DNA of 64,000 bases from Alphaproteobacteria bacterium (GTDB lineage: Bacteria > Pseudomonadota > Alphaproteobacteria > Bin95): NCBI GenBank assembly GCA_964291285.2, contig OZ219787.1, positions 1,184,001 to 1,248,000 of the forward strand, given 5' to 3'. Numbering within the stretch: the stretch's first letter is position 1; every line of letters starts with the position of its first letter. A model generated the notes under the pieces. The model saw only the letters and a list, made by a program, of their open reading frames with translations. It was not told where the DNA came from and made no database searches. This document shows positions 46,154 to 57,981 of the stretch, piece after piece. A program made the translations under genes and the position numbers.

Positions 46154-48895
46154 TCAGCCGGTTTCGTCCGGGCCCGCTACCGCCTGGAGCAATGTCTCGT
46201 GCACGCGGGCGAGCTTGCCGTCATGGACGACTTTCAGCCCGAACACGTCCTTCACGTAGAACACGTCGACCACCCGTTCGCCATAGGTGGCGATGCGCGC
46301 CGTGGTGATCCGCAGGCTGAGGTCCGTGAGCGCGCGCGCCACGTCGAACAGGAAGCCCGGGCGGTCGCGACCGTTGACCTCGACCACGGTGTGGGTGGCC
46401 GACGCGCGGTTGTCGATCAGCACGCGCGGCGGCACGGTGAATACGGCGGTGCGCGAGGGCCAGCCGCGCCGCCGCCGGACCTCGTGCCGGAGGTCGATTT
46501 CGCCCCCCAGCGCTTCCCGCACCCGGCGCTCCAGCGCCTGCAGCTGGCGCGTGCCGGTCACCGCCTGGGCCTCGGCGTCCTGGACCTGGAAGGTGTCGAT
46601 GGCGATCCCGTTCGCGAAGGTGAAGACCCGGGCCTCGACGACGCTCATGCCGGAGGCCGCGAGCGCGCCGGCGAAACGCGAGAACAGGCCCGGATGGTCG
46701 TGCGCGCAGAACACCACCTCGGTGACCGCGCGGCTCTCGTCGATGCGCGCCTTCACCGAGAGCGCCGAGGGGTCGTCGCGGACCTCCGCGATCATGCCGG
46801 CGTGATGCACCAGCGTGTCGCGGTCCCAGGCGAGCCAGTAGCTGGCGGGCGCGGCCTCGGCGAACTCCGCGAAAACCTCGTCGGACCAGCCGGAGAGCGC
46901 GGTGCGAAGCTCGTCCTGTGCTTCCCGCACCCGCTCGGCGGCGGCGAGGCGGACATCGCCGCCGGCCAGCAACTCCTCGGTCTTGAAATAGAGCTCGCGC
47001 AGCAGCGCGGCCTTCCAGGCGTTCCAGACATTGGGGCCGACCGCGCGGATGTCGGCGACCGTCAGCACCAGCAGCAGGCGCAGCCGCTCCGGCGACTGCA
47101 CCAGGTCGGCGAAGTCGGCGATGGCGCTGGCGTCGTTCAGGTCGAGCTTGAAGGCGGCAGCGCTCATCGCGAGATGGTGGCGCACCAGCCATGACACCGT
47201 TTCGGTCTCCTCCGCGCTCAGGCCCAGTTCCGGCCCGAGCCGCAAGGCGTCCTCCGCGCCCAGGACCGAATGGTCGCCGCCACGCCCCTTGGCGATGTCG
47301 TGCATGAAGACGGCGAGGTAGAGCGCCCGGCGCGAGAGCACCTTGTGGACGACCTCGGAGGCGACCGGGGCCTCGTCCCGGAACTCGCCCTGCTCGATGC
47401 GGTGCAAGATGCCGATGGCCCGGATGGTGTGCTCGTCCACCGTGTAGGTGTGGTACATGTCGTATTGCATCTGCGCCACGACCCGCCCGAACACCGGGAT
47501 CAGGCGGCCGAGCACGCCGGCCTCGTTCATCCGCCGGAGCGTAACGTCCGGCGCTTTCTCCGAGGTCATCATGTCCAGGAACAGCCCGGCGGCCTCCGGC
47601 CGGCGGTGGAAGCCGGAATCGATCCGGTGCAGGTTCCGCGTCACCTGGCGGAGCGCCGCCGGATGGATGTCCAGCTCGTGGTGCTGCGCCTCGTGGAACA
47701 GCCGCAGCATGGCGGCCGGGTCTTCGGCGAAGGCGTCCTCGTGCGCAAGGTTGAGCCAGCCGCCCTCGGCGGTGAACGGCCCCATCTGCCTGTCGCGGGT
47801 CAGCAGCCGCGAGATCGAGAACAGTGGCCGGCGGCGGTGTTCGTCCTCCAGCGCGGCGCAGAAGATGCGCGTCAGGTCGCCCACCTTCTTCGCCTCCAGG
47901 TAATAGTGCTTCATGAAGCGCTCGACGGGACGCGCGCCGGCGCGGCTGCGGTAGCCGAGGCGCGCGGCGATCTCCGGCTGGAGGTCGAAGGTCAGCCGCT
48001 CCTCGGCCCGCCCGGCCAGATAGTGCAGATGGCACCGGACGGTGGAGAGGAAGCGCTCCGCGCGCACGAAGGCCGCAAGCTCGGCGGGCGAGAACACGCC
48101 CTTCGCCGCCAGTTCGCCCACCTCGTCCACCCGGTAGAGATATTTGGCGATCCAGTAGAGGGTGTGGAGGTCGCGCAGCCCGCCCTTGCCCTCCTTGACG
48201 TTCGGCTCGACGACATAGCGGCTGTCGCCGAAGCGCAGATGCCGTTCGTCGCGCTCGGCCAGCTTGCGCTCGGCGAATTCGGGGCCGGTCTTCCTGACCA
48301 GCTCGTCGGCGAAGCGGGTGCGGAACTCCTCGTAAATCCCGGCTTCGCCCCACAGGAAGCGCGTCTCCAGCAGGCTCGTGCAGATCGTGGTGTCCCGGCC
48401 GGCGAGGCGCAGGCACTCCTCGACCGAACGGGTGGCGTGGCCGACTTTGAGGCCCGTGTCCCAGAGCAGCAGCAGCACATATTCGACGATCTGCTCGACC
48501 CTCGGCGTGACCTTCCAGGGCAGCAGGAACAGCAGGTCGAGGTCCGAATAGGGTGCGAGGCTGCCGCGCCCGTAGCCGCCCTGGGCCGCCAGCGCGAAGC
48601 GGTCGCCGGTGGTGGGGTTCGCGGCCGGGAACACCGTTCCGGCCACGAAGTCGAACAGGCCGCCCGCGATCCGGTCCATGGCGGCGGAGAGGTGGCTCAT
48701 TGCGGCATCGGCCGGCTGCCCGGCCTCGAAGGCGGCGCGCACGGCTCCCCGCGCCTCCTCCACGCCCTCCTTCAGGATGGCGAGCGCGTGCGCCCGGTCG
48801 GGGCGCGTCTCGGAGCCCAGCGCATCGAGCCGGGCAACCGTCCGCGCCGCCTGCCGGGCGCTCTCCCCGGCAAATTGCAGGCCGGTTCCGTCCAC
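46154..48895 (-). CDS. glnD: [Protein-PII] uridylyltransferase
   Basis: GGYGRG..APYSDLD, EPNVKEGKGGLRD, HD domain, two ACT domains (DHPGLF, DRPGFL). Confidence 0.96.
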   Translation of the reverse strand: MDGTGLQFAGESARQAARTVARLDALGSETRPDRAHALAILKEGVEEARGAVRAAFEAGQPADAAMSHLSAAMDRIAGGLFDFVAGTVFPAANPTTGDRFALAAQGGYGRGSLAPYSDLDLLFLLPWKVTPRVEQIVEYVLLLLWDTGLKVGHATRSVEECLRLAGRDTTICTSLLETRFLWGEAGIYEEFRTRFADELVRKTGPEFAERKLAERDERHLRFGDSRYVVEPNVKEGKGGLRDLHTLYWIAKYLYRVDEVGELAAKGVFSPAELAAFVRAERFLSTVRCHLHYLAGRAEERLTFDLQPEIAARLGYRSRAGARPVERFMKHYYLEAKKVGDLTRIFCAALEDEHRRRPLFSISRLLTRDRQMGPFTAEGGWLNLAHEDAFAEDPAAMLRLFHEAQHHELDIHPAALRQVTRNLHRIDSGFHRRPEAAGLFLDMMTSEKAPDVTLRRMNEAGVLGRLIPVFGRVVAQMQYDMYHTYTVDEHTIRAIGILHRIEQGEFRDEAPVASEVVHKVLSRRALYLAVFMHDIAKGRGGDHSVLGAEDALRLGPELGLSAEETETVSWLVRHHLAMSAAAFKLDLNDASAIADFADLVQSPERLRLLLVLTVADIRAVGPNVWNAWKAALLRELYFKTEELLAGGDVRLAAAERVREAQDELRTALSGWSDEVFAEFAEAAPASYWLAWDRDTLVHHAGMIAEVRDDPSALSVKARIDESRAVTEVVFCAHDHPGLFSRFAGALAASGMSVVEARVFTFANGIAIDTFQVQDAEAQAVTGTRQLQALERRVREALGGEIDLRHEVRRRRGWPSRTAVFTVPPRVLIDNRASATHTVVEVNGRDRPGFLFDVARALTDLSLRITTARIATYGERVVDVFYVKDVFGLKVVHDGKLARVHETLLQAVAGPDETG

Positions 48896-48992
48896 GCGCC
48901 TTGCCCCCGCTGCCGCCAGGCGCGACCATGGGCGGCACGGCGCGGCCCGTCAAGGCGGCGGGTGGCGCCGGATGCAGCCATGGGAGGGGCTT

Positions 48993-49613
48993 ATGGGCAA
49001 CGGGATTCTGGCGGTGTGGACGGACTGCGCCGCGGACGGTGAGGCGGATTTCAACGAGTGGTACAACCGCGAGCACCTGCCGGAGCGGGTGGGCGTGCCG
49101 GGCTTCCTCAAGGGCGTGCGCTACCGCGCGGTCGAGGCCGACCGGGGCTATTTCACCTGGTACCGGACCGAGACCGTCGGCGTGCTGGCGTCGAAAGCCT
49201 ACCGCGACCGCCTGAACGACCCGACCGCGTGGACGGAGCGGGTGATGCATGTCTTCCGCAACACGATCCGCTCGGCGATGACGGTCGAGGGCGAGACGGG
49301 CGAGGCGTCCACAGGCGCCTGGGCGGCGGTGCTGCGCGCCGGCGGGGAGCTGGGCGCGGTCGATCTGGAGGCGCTCGCCGCCGGCGAGGAGGCCTTGAGC
49401 GCGATGCGCTGGCATCTCGACATGGCGGCGACGGGCAGCCCGACGGTGGAGGCCTCGATCCGCGGGCCGGACACGCAGGCGGCGCGGGCGGTGCTGGTGC
49501 AGACGACGACGGAAGCGGCGGCGCGGCGCGCGGCGGAGGCGCTGGCCGGCCACGGCGAGGTCGGTGTCTATGCGCTGATGGCGGTGCTCGCGACCGAAGA
49601 CCTGGCGGGCTGA
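48993..49613 (+). CDS. Hypothetical protein (EthD/dimeric alpha-beta barrel-like)
   Basis: DFNEWYNREHLPERVGVPGF motif; GGAGG RBS. Confidence 0.65.
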   Translation: MGNGILAVWTDCAADGEADFNEWYNREHLPERVGVPGFLKGVRYRAVEADRGYFTWYRTETVGVLASKAYRDRLNDPTAWTERVMHVFRNTIRSAMTVEGETGEASTGAWAAVLRAGGELGAVDLEALAAGEEALSAMRWHLDMAATGSPTVEASIRGPDTQAARAVLVQTTTEAAARRAAEALAGHGEVGVYALMAVLATEDLAG

Positions 49614-49620
49614 CGCACAT

Positions 49621-49696
<76 letters not shown>

Positions 49697-49815
49697 ACAC
49701 CTCGCACGCTGTCGCCTCTAGGCGGCAGCCGGGAAGCGGGGTTATGTTTCAGTGTGCGGGAGCGTGTCAAGGCCCCGCGCGACCTGCGTCCATCCACCGG
49801 AGGCGTCCGGGCCCC

Positions 49816-50115
49816 ATGAACGTCATCCTGATCCCGCTGCTCCAGCTTCTCGACATCGTGCTGGAGCTCTACCAGATCGTCCTGATCGTCTGGGTGGTGC
49901 TGAGCTGGCTGGTCTCCTTCAATGTGGTCAACACGGCCAACGGCTTCGTGCGCGGGGCGATGAACGTGCTCTGGCGGCTGACCGAACCGACGCTCCGCCC
50001 GATCCGGCGCTTCGTGCCGATGATCTCCGGGCTGGATTTTTCGCCGCTGATCCTGCTGCTCCTGATCTACTTCCTGCGCGGCGTGGTCGGCCGCATGATC
50101 TTCTCCATGGCCTGA
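49816..50115 (+). CDS. yggT: YggT family membrane protein
   Basis: [28 protein letters not shown]. Confidence 0.9.
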   Translation: MNVILIPLLQLLDIVLELYQIVLIVWVVLSWLVSFNVVNTANGFVRGAMNVLWRLTEPTLRPIRRFVPMISGLDFSPLILLLLIYFLRGVVGRMIFSMA

Positions 50116-50132
50116 GAGGGGAGGCAACCCAC

Positions 50133-51020
50133 ATGAGCGGAGCGCGCATCATCGACGGCAAGGCGCTCGCGGCGAAGCTGCGCGGGCGCGTGGCGGCGCA
50201 GGTGGCGGCGCTGGCGGGAACCGTCCGGCCCGGCCTCGCCGTGGTGCTGGTCGGCGACGACCCGGCAAGCGCCGTCTATGTCCGCAACAAGAACCGCGAG
50301 ACAGAGGCCGCCGGCATGGCCTCCTTCGAGCACAGCCTGCCCGCCGACACGCCCGAGGCGGACCTGCTGGCGCTGGTGGCGAGCCTCAACCGGGACCCGG
50401 CGGTGCACGGCATCCTGGTGCAATTGCCGCTGCCGGACGGGATCGACTCCGCCAGGGTGCTGCGCGCCATCGACCCCGCCAAGGACGTGGACGGCTTCCA
50501 CCCCGAGAATGTGGGCGCGCTCTGGACCGGCGCCCCGGCGCTCGCGCCCTGCACGCCGCGCGGCTGCATGACCATGCTGGCCGAGGTCCACCCGGACGGG
50601 CTCGTCGGCAAGCGCGCGGTCGTCGTCGGGCGCTCCAACATCGTCGGTAAGCCGATGGCGGCCCTGCTGCTCGCCCAGCACTGCACGGTGACGCTCGCCC
50701 ATTCCCGCACGCAGGACCTGCCGGGCGTCTGCCGCGGCGCGGACATTCTGGTCGCCGCGGTCGGGCGGGCGCGCATGGTCGAGGGCGGTTGGGTCAAGCC
50801 GGGCGCGACGGTGATCGATGTCGGCGTCAACCGCATACCGGCCGAGGAGGAGGGCAGGACGCGGCTCGTCGGCGATGTCGATTTCGCCGGGGCTTCCGAG
50901 GTCGCGGGCGCCATTACGCCGGTGCCGGGCGGCGTCGGCCCGATGACGATCGCCTGCCTGCTCGCCAACACCGTGACAGCGGCCTGCCGGCAGGCGGGCG
51001 TGGCGGAGCCGGAGGGCTGA
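50133..51020 (+). CDS. folD: Methylene-THF dehydrogenase/cyclohydrolase
   Basis: [37 protein letters not shown]. Confidence 0.96.
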   Translation: MSGARIIDGKALAAKLRGRVAAQVAALAGTVRPGLAVVLVGDDPASAVYVRNKNRETEAAGMASFEHSLPADTPEADLLALVASLNRDPAVHGILVQLPLPDGIDSARVLRAIDPAKDVDGFHPENVGALWTGAPALAPCTPRGCMTMLAEVHPDGLVGKRAVVVGRSNIVGKPMAALLLAQHCTVTLAHSRTQDLPGVCRGADILVAAVGRARMVEGGWVKPGATVIDVGVNRIPAEEEGRTRLVGDVDFAGASEVAGAITPVPGGVGPMTIACLLANTVTAACRQAGVAEPEG

Positions 51021-51028
51021 TTCCGGCT

Positions 51029-52405
51029 ATGACCGGAACCCGCGAGGGCGCGCTCGCCCGCATCCGCGAGCACTATGACGGCGGCGCGTTCATCGAGACG
51101 CTGGCGCGCCGGGTGGCGGTGCCCTCCACCAGCCAGGACCCGGCCTTCGCGCCGCATCTGTGGCGCTACCTGGAAGAGGAGGTCGCGCCGGCGGCCCGCG
51201 ACATGGGCTTCGAGGTCCGGGTGGAGCCGAACCCCGAGGAGGGCGGCGGCCCCGTCCTGACGGCGGTGCGGCAGGAGGACGAGGCGCTGCCGACTGTGCT
51301 CGTCTATGGCCACGGCGACACCGTGCTCGGCCATGAAGGCCAGTGGCGGGAGGGCCGCGACCCCTGGACGCTCGACCGCGACGGCGACCGGCTCTACGGG
51401 CGCGGCACGGTGGACAACAAGGGCCAGCACGGCATCAACCTTGCCGCGCTGGAGGCCGTGCTGGCGGAGCGCGGGCGGCTCGGCTTCAACGCGAAGCTGC
51501 TGGTCGAGACCAGCGAGGAGACCGGCTCGAAGGGCCTGCGCGCCTTCGCCGAAGCCAACCGGGAGCGGCTGGCCGCGGACGTGCTGATCGCGTCGGACGG
51601 GCCCCGCGTGGCGCCCGACCGGCCGACCGTCTATCTGGGCTCGCGCGGCGTCATCAACTTTGCGCTGGACATCGAGGCGCGCGAGGGCGGCCACCATTCC
51701 GGCAATTGGGGCGGGCTGCTCTCCAATCCGGCAACGCGGCTGGCGGGCGCCGTCGCCAGCATGGTGGACGCGCGCGGGCGCATACTGGTCGAAGGGCTGA
51801 GGCCGCCGCCCATGTCCAACGCCGTGCGCACCGCGATTGCCGATTGCGCCGTGGACGGCGGGCCGGGCGCGCCGGAGATCGACCCCGACTGGGGCGAGCC
51901 GGGCCTCACGCCCTGGGAGCGCGTCTTCGGCTGGAACGCGCTCGAGGTGCTGGCCCTGGGCGCGGGCGACGCCGAGCGGCCGGTGAACGCCATCCCGCCA
52001 GGCGCGCGGGCGGTCATCCAGATGCGCTTCGTCGCGGGCTCCGACGACGAGGCGTTCGAGGCCGCCATCCGCGCGCATCTGGACGCAAACGGCTTCGAGG
52101 ACGTGCAGGTGGCTCCCATGCGCACGACCATGAAGGCCACCCGCACGCCGCTCGACGACCCTTGGGTGCGCCGCGTCATGGCCTCGGTCGAGGAGACGCT
52201 GGGCCGGCCGCCGGCGCTGCTGCCCAATCTCGGCGGCTCGATCCCGAACGACGTGTTCACAGACGTGCTCTCCATGCCGACGGTCTGGGTGCCCCACTCC
52301 TTCGCCGGCTGCTCCCAGCACGCCCCCAACGAACACGCGCTGGCCCCCCTGCTGCGAGAAGGCCTCGAAATGATGACCGGCATCTTCTGGGACATCGGCG
52401 CGTAG
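51029..52405 (+). CDS. M20 family metallopeptidase/amidohydrolase
   Basis: YGHGD, GRGTVDNKGQH, EETGS, HSGNWGG, QHAPNE. Confidence 0.9.
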   Translation: MTGTREGALARIREHYDGGAFIETLARRVAVPSTSQDPAFAPHLWRYLEEEVAPAARDMGFEVRVEPNPEEGGGPVLTAVRQEDEALPTVLVYGHGDTVLGHEGQWREGRDPWTLDRDGDRLYGRGTVDNKGQHGINLAALEAVLAERGRLGFNAKLLVETSEETGSKGLRAFAEANRERLAADVLIASDGPRVAPDRPTVYLGSRGVINFALDIEAREGGHHSGNWGGLLSNPATRLAGAVASMVDARGRILVEGLRPPPMSNAVRTAIADCAVDGGPGAPEIDPDWGEPGLTPWERVFGWNALEVLALGAGDAERPVNAIPPGARAVIQMRFVAGSDDEAFEAAIRAHLDANGFEDVQVAPMRTTMKATRTPLDDPWVRRVMASVEETLGRPPALLPNLGGSIPNDVFTDVLSMPTVWVPHSFAGCSQHAPNEHALAPLLREGLEMMTGIFWDIGA

Positions 52406-52489
52406 CGGGAGGCTGCGTGCTATCTTCCGGGCAAAAGGGGGATGAGCATGGTCTCTATGTCTTCAACCGAGATGAACAGGGAGGCTTAC

Positions 52490-52894
52490 ATGGCGAAACT
52501 TCGGCATATTGCGGTCACGGTTCCGGACCTGGAGGCGGCGGCGCGGTTCTATGAGGACACCTTCGGCATGGTACGGCAGCAGCAGTCCGACATTGCGATC
52601 CTGCTTTCCGACGGGGTGGTCAGCCTGGCGATCCTGAAGTTCAAGACCGACGAGCAGGCGGGCGACGAACGCGGCAAGGACTTCCACGGCCTGCACCATA
52701 TGGGCTTCGTGGTCGATGACATCGACGCGATGAGCCGGGAGATCGAGGCCAATGGCGGGCGCTACCACATGCGGCTCCCGGACTCGGCGGAAGGCGCCAC
52801 CGAGATCAAGTTCTACGACCCCAACGGCGTCGTCTTCGACATCGTCACCGCCGACTACGCCACCAACGCCTGGGGCGCCAAGGTCTCGGACTGA
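52490..52894 (+). CDS. VOC (glyoxalase) family protein
   Basis: LRHIAVTVPD, HHMGF, FYDPNG; GGAGG RBS. Confidence 0.88.
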   Translation: MAKLRHIAVTVPDLEAAARFYEDTFGMVRQQQSDIAILLSDGVVSLAILKFKTDEQAGDERGKDFHGLHHMGFVVDDIDAMSREIEANGGRYHMRLPDSAEGATEIKFYDPNGVVFDIVTADYATNAWGAKVSD

Positions 52895-52964
52895 CCGCGC
52901 CCACTTGCCGCCCGGCGGGGCGGGCGGCTACAAGGCGGCGTTCTTGACGGATGAGGGACCGGAG

Positions 52965-53840
52965 ATGACCGAGGCGGCGCTCGTTCCGCTGCTGGTGCGC
53001 ATTGCCGACGCGCTGGAGCGGCTGGCTCCCGGGGCGGGGGCGGCGCCGGACCTTGCGTCGGCGGACGCTTTCGTCTGGCACGCTGAGGGCGGCCTGCTCA
53101 CGCCGGTGGCGGAGGTCAACCATGTCGCGCTGCCGCTGCTCCGCGGCATCGACCATGTGACGGGCATCCTGCTGGAGAACACACGGCGCTTCGCCGAGGG
53201 GCTGCCGGCCAACAACGCGCTGCTCTGGGGCGCGCGCGGCATGGGCAAGTCTTCGCTGGTCAAGGCCATCCACGCGCATATCGCGGCCGAGCGGCCGGGC
53301 GCGCTCGCGCTCGTGGAAATCCACCGCGAGGACATAGGCTCGCTGCCGGGCCTGCTGGCGTTGCTCAGGGGCGCGGGCCGGCGCTTCGTGCTGTTCTGCG
53401 ACGACCTCTCCTTCGACGGCAGCGACACCACCTACAAGTCGCTCAAGGCGGTGCTCGAAGGCGGGCTGGAGGGCCGGCCGGAGAATGTCGTCTTCTACGC
53501 CACCTCCAACCGCCGCCACCTGATGCCGCGCGACATGATCGAGAACGAGCGCTCGACGGCGATCGCCCCCGCGGAGGCGGTCGAGGAGAAGGTGTCGCTG
53601 TCGGACCGCTTCGGCCTCTGGCTCGGCTTCCACAATTGCAGCCAGGCGACCTATTTTGAGATGGTCGAAGGCTATGCCGCGCATTTCGGTCTGGAAGTGG
53701 AGAGCGAGGCGCTGCGTCGGCAGGCGAACGAATGGGCCGTCACGCGGGGCGGGCGCTCCGGCCGCGTCGCCTGGCAGTTCGTGCAGGACCTGGCGGGCCG
53801 GCTCGGCCGCAAGCTGAACGGGAGGGGCGGGGCCCAATGA
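52965..53840 (+). CDS. DUF815 AAA+ ATP-binding protein
   Basis: NALLWGARGMGKSS, FCDDLSF, YATSNRRHL, SLSDRFGL. Confidence 0.9.
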   Translation: MTEAALVPLLVRIADALERLAPGAGAAPDLASADAFVWHAEGGLLTPVAEVNHVALPLLRGIDHVTGILLENTRRFAEGLPANNALLWGARGMGKSSLVKAIHAHIAAERPGALALVEIHREDIGSLPGLLALLRGAGRRFVLFCDDLSFDGSDTTYKSLKAVLEGGLEGRPENVVFYATSNRRHLMPRDMIENERSTAIAPAEAVEEKVSLSDRFGLWLGFHNCSQATYFEMVEGYAAHFGLEVESEALRRQANEWAVTRGGRSGRVAWQFVQDLAGRLGRKLNGRGGAQ

Positions 53841-54463
53841 TCCTGCTGATCGATAACTATGACAGCTTCGTCTACAACCTGATGCACTTCCTGGGCGAGC
53901 TCGGGGCCGATATCGAGGTCCGGCGCAACGATGCGCTGAGTGCGGACGAGGCGCTGGCGATGCAGCCGGAAGCGGTCGTGATCTCCCCCGGCCCCTGCGA
54001 CCCCGACAAGGCCGGCAACTGCCTGGAGCTGGTGGAGAAGGCCGCGGGCCGGGTGCCGCTCTTCGGCGTCTGCCTCGGCCACCAGTGCATCGGCCAGGCC
54101 TTCGGCGGGCGGGTGCTGCGCGCGCCGGTCTGCATGCACGGCAAGCTCTCGCGCATCCACCATGACGGCACGGGCGTGTTCGCCGGGCTGCCGTCGCCCT
54201 TCGAGGCCACGCGCTACCACTCGCTGACCGTGGAGCGGGCGGGTCTGCCGGACGGCATGGCGGTGAATGCCTGGACCGAGGACGGGACCGTCATGGGCCT
54301 CAGCCACCGGACGCTCGATGTCCACGGCGTGCAGTTCCACCCGGAGAGCATCGCCTCGGAGCACGGCCACCGGCTGCTCGCCAATTTCCTGACCTCGGTG
54401 TCCGGCCGCCCGCCGGCCGGGGTGCCGAAGCCGCTGCCGGAGCGCCGGGTGTTCGCGGCATGA
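53837..54463 (+). CDS. trpG: Anthranilate synthase component II (glutamine amidotransferase)
   Basis: IDNYDSF, SPGP, GVCLGHQ, QFHPES. Confidence 0.94.
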   Translation: MILLIDNYDSFVYNLMHFLGELGADIEVRRNDALSADEALAMQPEAVVISPGPCDPDKAGNCLELVEKAAGRVPLFGVCLGHQCIGQAFGGRVLRAPVCMHGKLSRIHHDGTGVFAGLPSPFEATRYHSLTVERAGLPDGMAVNAWTEDGTVMGLSHRTLDVHGVQFHPESIASEHGHRLLANFLTSVSGRPPAGVPKPLPERRVFAA

Positions 54464-55479
54464 GCGGCGATCTGAGGGCCATCCTGGCGCGCGTCGCCGA
54501 CGGAACACAGCTGGGCGAGGCGGAGGCGGAGACTGCCTTCGAGATATTGATGTCCGGCGACGCCACGCCCTCGCAGGCGGGCGCCTTCCTGATGGCGCTG
54601 CGGGTGCGCGGCGAGACCATCGACGAGATCACCGGCGCGGCGCGGATCATGCGCGAGAAGGTGCTCGGCATCGAGGCGCCCGCGGACGCCATCGACACCG
54701 CCGGCACGGGCGGCGACGACAAGGGCACCCTCAACATCTCCACCGCCGCCGCGCTGCTGCTGGCCGGCGCGGGCGTGCCCGTGGTCAAGCACGGCAACCG
54801 GGCGCTTTCCTCGCGGGCGGGGTCCTCGGATGTGCTGGCGGCGCTCGGCGTCGATATCGACTGCGACATGGCCCTCGTCCCGAAGGCGCTGGAGGAGGCG
54901 GGCATCTGCTTCCTCATGGCGCCCCGGCACCACGGCGCGATGCGCCATGTCGCCGGCACGCGGGTCGAGCTCGGCACGCGCACGATCTTCAACCTGCTGG
55001 GGCCGCTCTCCAACCCCGCGGGCGCGCGCCGGCAGCTTGTCGGCGTGTTCGCCGGGCGCTGGATCGAGCCGCTCGCCCATGTGCTCGGCAATCTCGGCGG
55101 CGAGCGCGCCTGGGTCGTCCACGGCTCGGACGGGATGGACGAACTCACGACCACGGGCGCGAGCCATGTGGCGGAGTTGAAGGGCGGCGCGGTGAGGCGG
55201 TTCGAGGTCGATCCGCGCGAAATCGGCCTGCCGCTGGCGGCGCCGGAAGACCTCCAGGGCGGCGATCCCGAATACAATGCCGGCGCGATGCGGTCCCTGC
55301 TGGACGGCGAGGCCGGCCCCTACCGCGACATCGTGGTGCTGAACACCGCCGCCGGCCTCGTGGTGTCGGAGCGCGCCGCGACGCTGGCCGAGGGCAGGGC
55401 GCTGGCCGAGGAGGTCATCGACAGCGGCGCGGCGCGGGACCGCCTTGCGGCGCTGGTGCGCGTCACCAATGGCGGCTGA
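54460..55479 (+). CDS. trpD: Anthranilate phosphoribosyltransferase
   Basis: [22 protein letters not shown]. Confidence 0.96.
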   Translation: MSGDLRAILARVADGTQLGEAEAETAFEILMSGDATPSQAGAFLMALRVRGETIDEITGAARIMREKVLGIEAPADAIDTAGTGGDDKGTLNISTAAALLLAGAGVPVVKHGNRALSSRAGSSDVLAALGVDIDCDMALVPKALEEAGICFLMAPRHHGAMRHVAGTRVELGTRTIFNLLGPLSNPAGARRQLVGVFAGRWIEPLAHVLGNLGGERAWVVHGSDGMDELTTTGASHVAELKGGAVRRFEVDPREIGLPLAAPEDLQGGDPEYNAGAMRSLLDGEAGPYRDIVVLNTAAGLVVSERAATLAEGRALAEEVIDSGAARDRLAALVRVTNGG

Positions 55480-55498
55480 AGCGCCGGGAAGAGGAGGC

Positions 55499-56296
55499 AT
55501 GTCGGACACTCTCGCCAGGATCGTCGCCGAGAAGCGCGGGCATGTGGCGCGGATGAAGCGCGAGCGGCCGCGCGCATGGTTCGATGCGGCCGATGGCGGC
55601 GCGCCGCGCGGCTTTGCGGCGACGCTGGCGCGCGCGGACGGCTACGGCCTGATCGCGGAGATCAAGAAGGCTTCGCCCAGCAAGGGGCTGATCCGCGCCG
55701 ATTTCGACCCGGCGGCGCTCGCGCGGGCCTATCTCGACGGCGGGGCCTGCTGCCTTTCCGTGCTGACCGACACGCCGTATTTCCAGGGCGAGGACCGCTA
55801 TCTGGCGGAAGCCCGCAACGCCGCGCCGCTGCCGGTGCTGCGCAAGGATTTCATGGTGGACCCCTGGCAGGTCGCGGAATCCCGCGCGCTCGGCGCGGAC
55901 TGCATCCTCATCATCCTCGCCGCCGTGGACGATGCGCTGGCGGGAGAGCTGGAGGCGGCGGCCTTCGGGCTCGGCATGGACGCGCTGGTCGAGGTGCATG
56001 ACGAGGCCGAACTGGAGCGCGCGCTCCGCCTGTCCTCGCCGCTCATCGGCATCAATAACCGCAATCTCAGGACGCTGGAAGTGGACCTGGCGACCGCCGA
56101 GCGCCTCGCGCCGATGGTCCCGGCGGACCGGATCGTCATCGGCGAGAGCGGGCTCGCCGTCACCGCCGACCTCGAGCGGCTGGCAGAGGTCGGCGTCACC
56201 CGCTTCCTGGTGGGCGAATCGCTGATGCGCGAGGCGGATGTGGCGGCCGCGACCCGCGCGCTGCTCGGCCCCGACATGCTGCGGGAAGCGGGATGA
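55499..56296 (+). CDS. trpC: Indole-3-glycerol phosphate synthase
   Basis: [24 protein letters not shown]. Confidence 0.96.
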   Translation: MSDTLARIVAEKRGHVARMKRERPRAWFDAADGGAPRGFAATLARADGYGLIAEIKKASPSKGLIRADFDPAALARAYLDGGACCLSVLTDTPYFQGEDRYLAEARNAAPLPVLRKDFMVDPWQVAESRALGADCILIILAAVDDALAGELEAAAFGLGMDALVEVHDEAELERALRLSSPLIGINNRNLRTLEVDLATAERLAPMVPADRIVIGESGLAVTADLERLAEVGVTRFLVGESLMREADVAAATRALLGPDMLREAG

Positions 56297-56775
56297 ACGC
56301 GCGCCTCACCCATTTCGACGAGGAAGGCCGCGCGGCCATGGTGGACGTGTCCGCCAAGGACGAGACGGAGCGGGTCGCGGTTGCCGGCGGCCGGGTGGTC
56401 ATGGCCCCGGAAACGCTGGCGCTGGTCCGGGCGGGCGGAATCGGCAAGGGCGACGTGCTGGGCGTCGCGCGCCTCGCCGGCATCATGGCGGCGAAGCGCA
56501 CGGCGGACCTGATCCCGCTCTGCCACCCGCTGGCGCTGACCTCCGTCGCCGTGGACCTTGCCGCCGACGAGGCCGCGTCCGCCGTGGAGATCACCGCGAC
56601 CTGCCGGCTCAAGGGCCGCACCGGCGTCGAGATGGAGGCGCTGACCGCCGTCTCGGTGGCGGCGCTCACCGTCTATGACATGTGCAAGGCGGTGGACCGC
56701 GGCATGAGGGTCGAGGCGGTCCGCCTGCTGCGCAAGGAAGGTGGCAAGTCCGGTACCTGGACTGCACGCAAGTGA
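56293..56775 (+). CDS. moaC: Cyclic pyranopterin monophosphate synthase MoaC
   Basis: [29 protein letters not shown]. Confidence 0.96.
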   Translation: MNARLTHFDEEGRAAMVDVSAKDETERVAVAGGRVVMAPETLALVRAGGIGKGDVLGVARLAGIMAAKRTADLIPLCHPLALTSVAVDLAADEAASAVEITATCRLKGRTGVEMEALTAVSVAALTVYDMCKAVDRGMRVEAVRLLRKEGGKSGTWTARK

Positions 56776-57965
56776 TCCCGGTTGCCGAAGCGATTGCGCG
56801 CATTCTGGCAGGCGTGGAGCCGCTGCCGGCGGAGATGGTGCCGCTCGGCGACGGTCTCGGCCGCGTGCTGGTGGAGGACCTCGCGTCGAGGCGCACTCAG
56901 CCGCCGGCGGCGGTCTCCGCCATGGACGGCTATGCGGTCCGCGCCGAAGACGCGGCGCACACGCCGGCGGAACTGCGCATCGTGGCGGAGATCGCCGCCG
57001 GCGCGGCCTGGACGGGGACGGTCGGGCCGGGCGAGGCGGCACGCATCTTCACCGGCGCGCCCGTTCCGGCAGGCGCCGACGCCATCGTCATCCAGGAGGA
57101 TTGCGAGCGCACAGGCGACCGCGTGACCGTGCGCGAGGCGGCGAGGGCCGGCGCTTACGTCCGCCCCGCAGGGCTCGACTTTGCGGAGGGCGACGTGCTG
57201 CTGCGCGCCGGCCGGCGGCTCACCTCGCGCGATATCGGCCTCGCTGCGGCGATGAACCGGCCGTGGCTGCCGGTGCGCCGCCGCCCGCGCGTGGCGCTGC
57301 TCGCCACCGGCGACGAGATCGCGCTTCCGGGAGAGCCGCTCGGGCCGCAGCAGATCGTGAGTTCCAGCGGGCCGGGGCTGGCGGCTCTGGTCGCGGAGGC
57401 GGGCGGCCAGGCGGTCTCGCTCGGCGTGGCCGGCGATAGCACGGCCTCGCTGCGCGCCCGCGCTGCCGGGGCCGGGGGCGCGGACATCCTGGTGACCATG
57501 GGCGGCGCCTCGGTCGGCGAGCACGACCTCGTGCAGTCGGCGCTGGCGGAGGACGGGCTCGCAGTCGACTTCTGGCGGATCGCCATGCGGCCCGGCAAGC
57601 CGCTCATGTTCGGGCGCATGGGCGGGGCGCTGGTGTTGGGGCTGCCGGGCAACCCGGTCTCGGCGTTCGTGTGCGCGCTGCTGTTCCTGCGCCCGCTGGT
57701 CGACGCGATGCTGGGCCTGCCGGCGGGGCCGCCGGCGCGGGAGCCGGCCCGGCTCGGCGCGGACCTCGGCGCGAACGACCGGCGCGAGGACTATCTGCGC
57801 GCCCGGCTCGCCCCGGACGGCGGGGGCCTGCCGATCGCCACGCCCTTCGCGCGCCAGGACAGCTCCATGCTGGCGCGTTTCGTCGAGGCCGATGCGCTGG
57901 TGGTTCGCGCCCCGCATGCGCCGCCGGCCCGCGCCGGCGACCTCGTGGACATCATCCGCCTGTAG
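56772..57965 (+). CDS. moeA: Molybdopterin molybdotransferase MoeA
   Basis: SAMDGYA, IFTGAP, TGDE, MRPGKP, LPGNPVS, QDSS. Confidence 0.95.
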   Translation: MIPVAEAIARILAGVEPLPAEMVPLGDGLGRVLVEDLASRRTQPPAAVSAMDGYAVRAEDAAHTPAELRIVAEIAAGAAWTGTVGPGEAARIFTGAPVPAGADAIVIQEDCERTGDRVTVREAARAGAYVRPAGLDFAEGDVLLRAGRRLTSRDIGLAAAMNRPWLPVRRRPRVALLATGDEIALPGEPLGPQQIVSSSGPGLAALVAEAGGQAVSLGVAGDSTASLRARAAGAGGADILVTMGGASVGEHDLVQSALAEDGLAVDFWRIAMRPGKPLMFGRMGGALVLGLPGNPVSAFVCALLFLRPLVDAMLGLPAGPPAREPARLGADLGANDRREDYLRARLAPDGGGLPIATPFARQDSSMLARFVEADALVVRAPHAPPARAGDLVDIIRL

Positions 57966-57981
57966 CCTGTGAGCGGCGGCG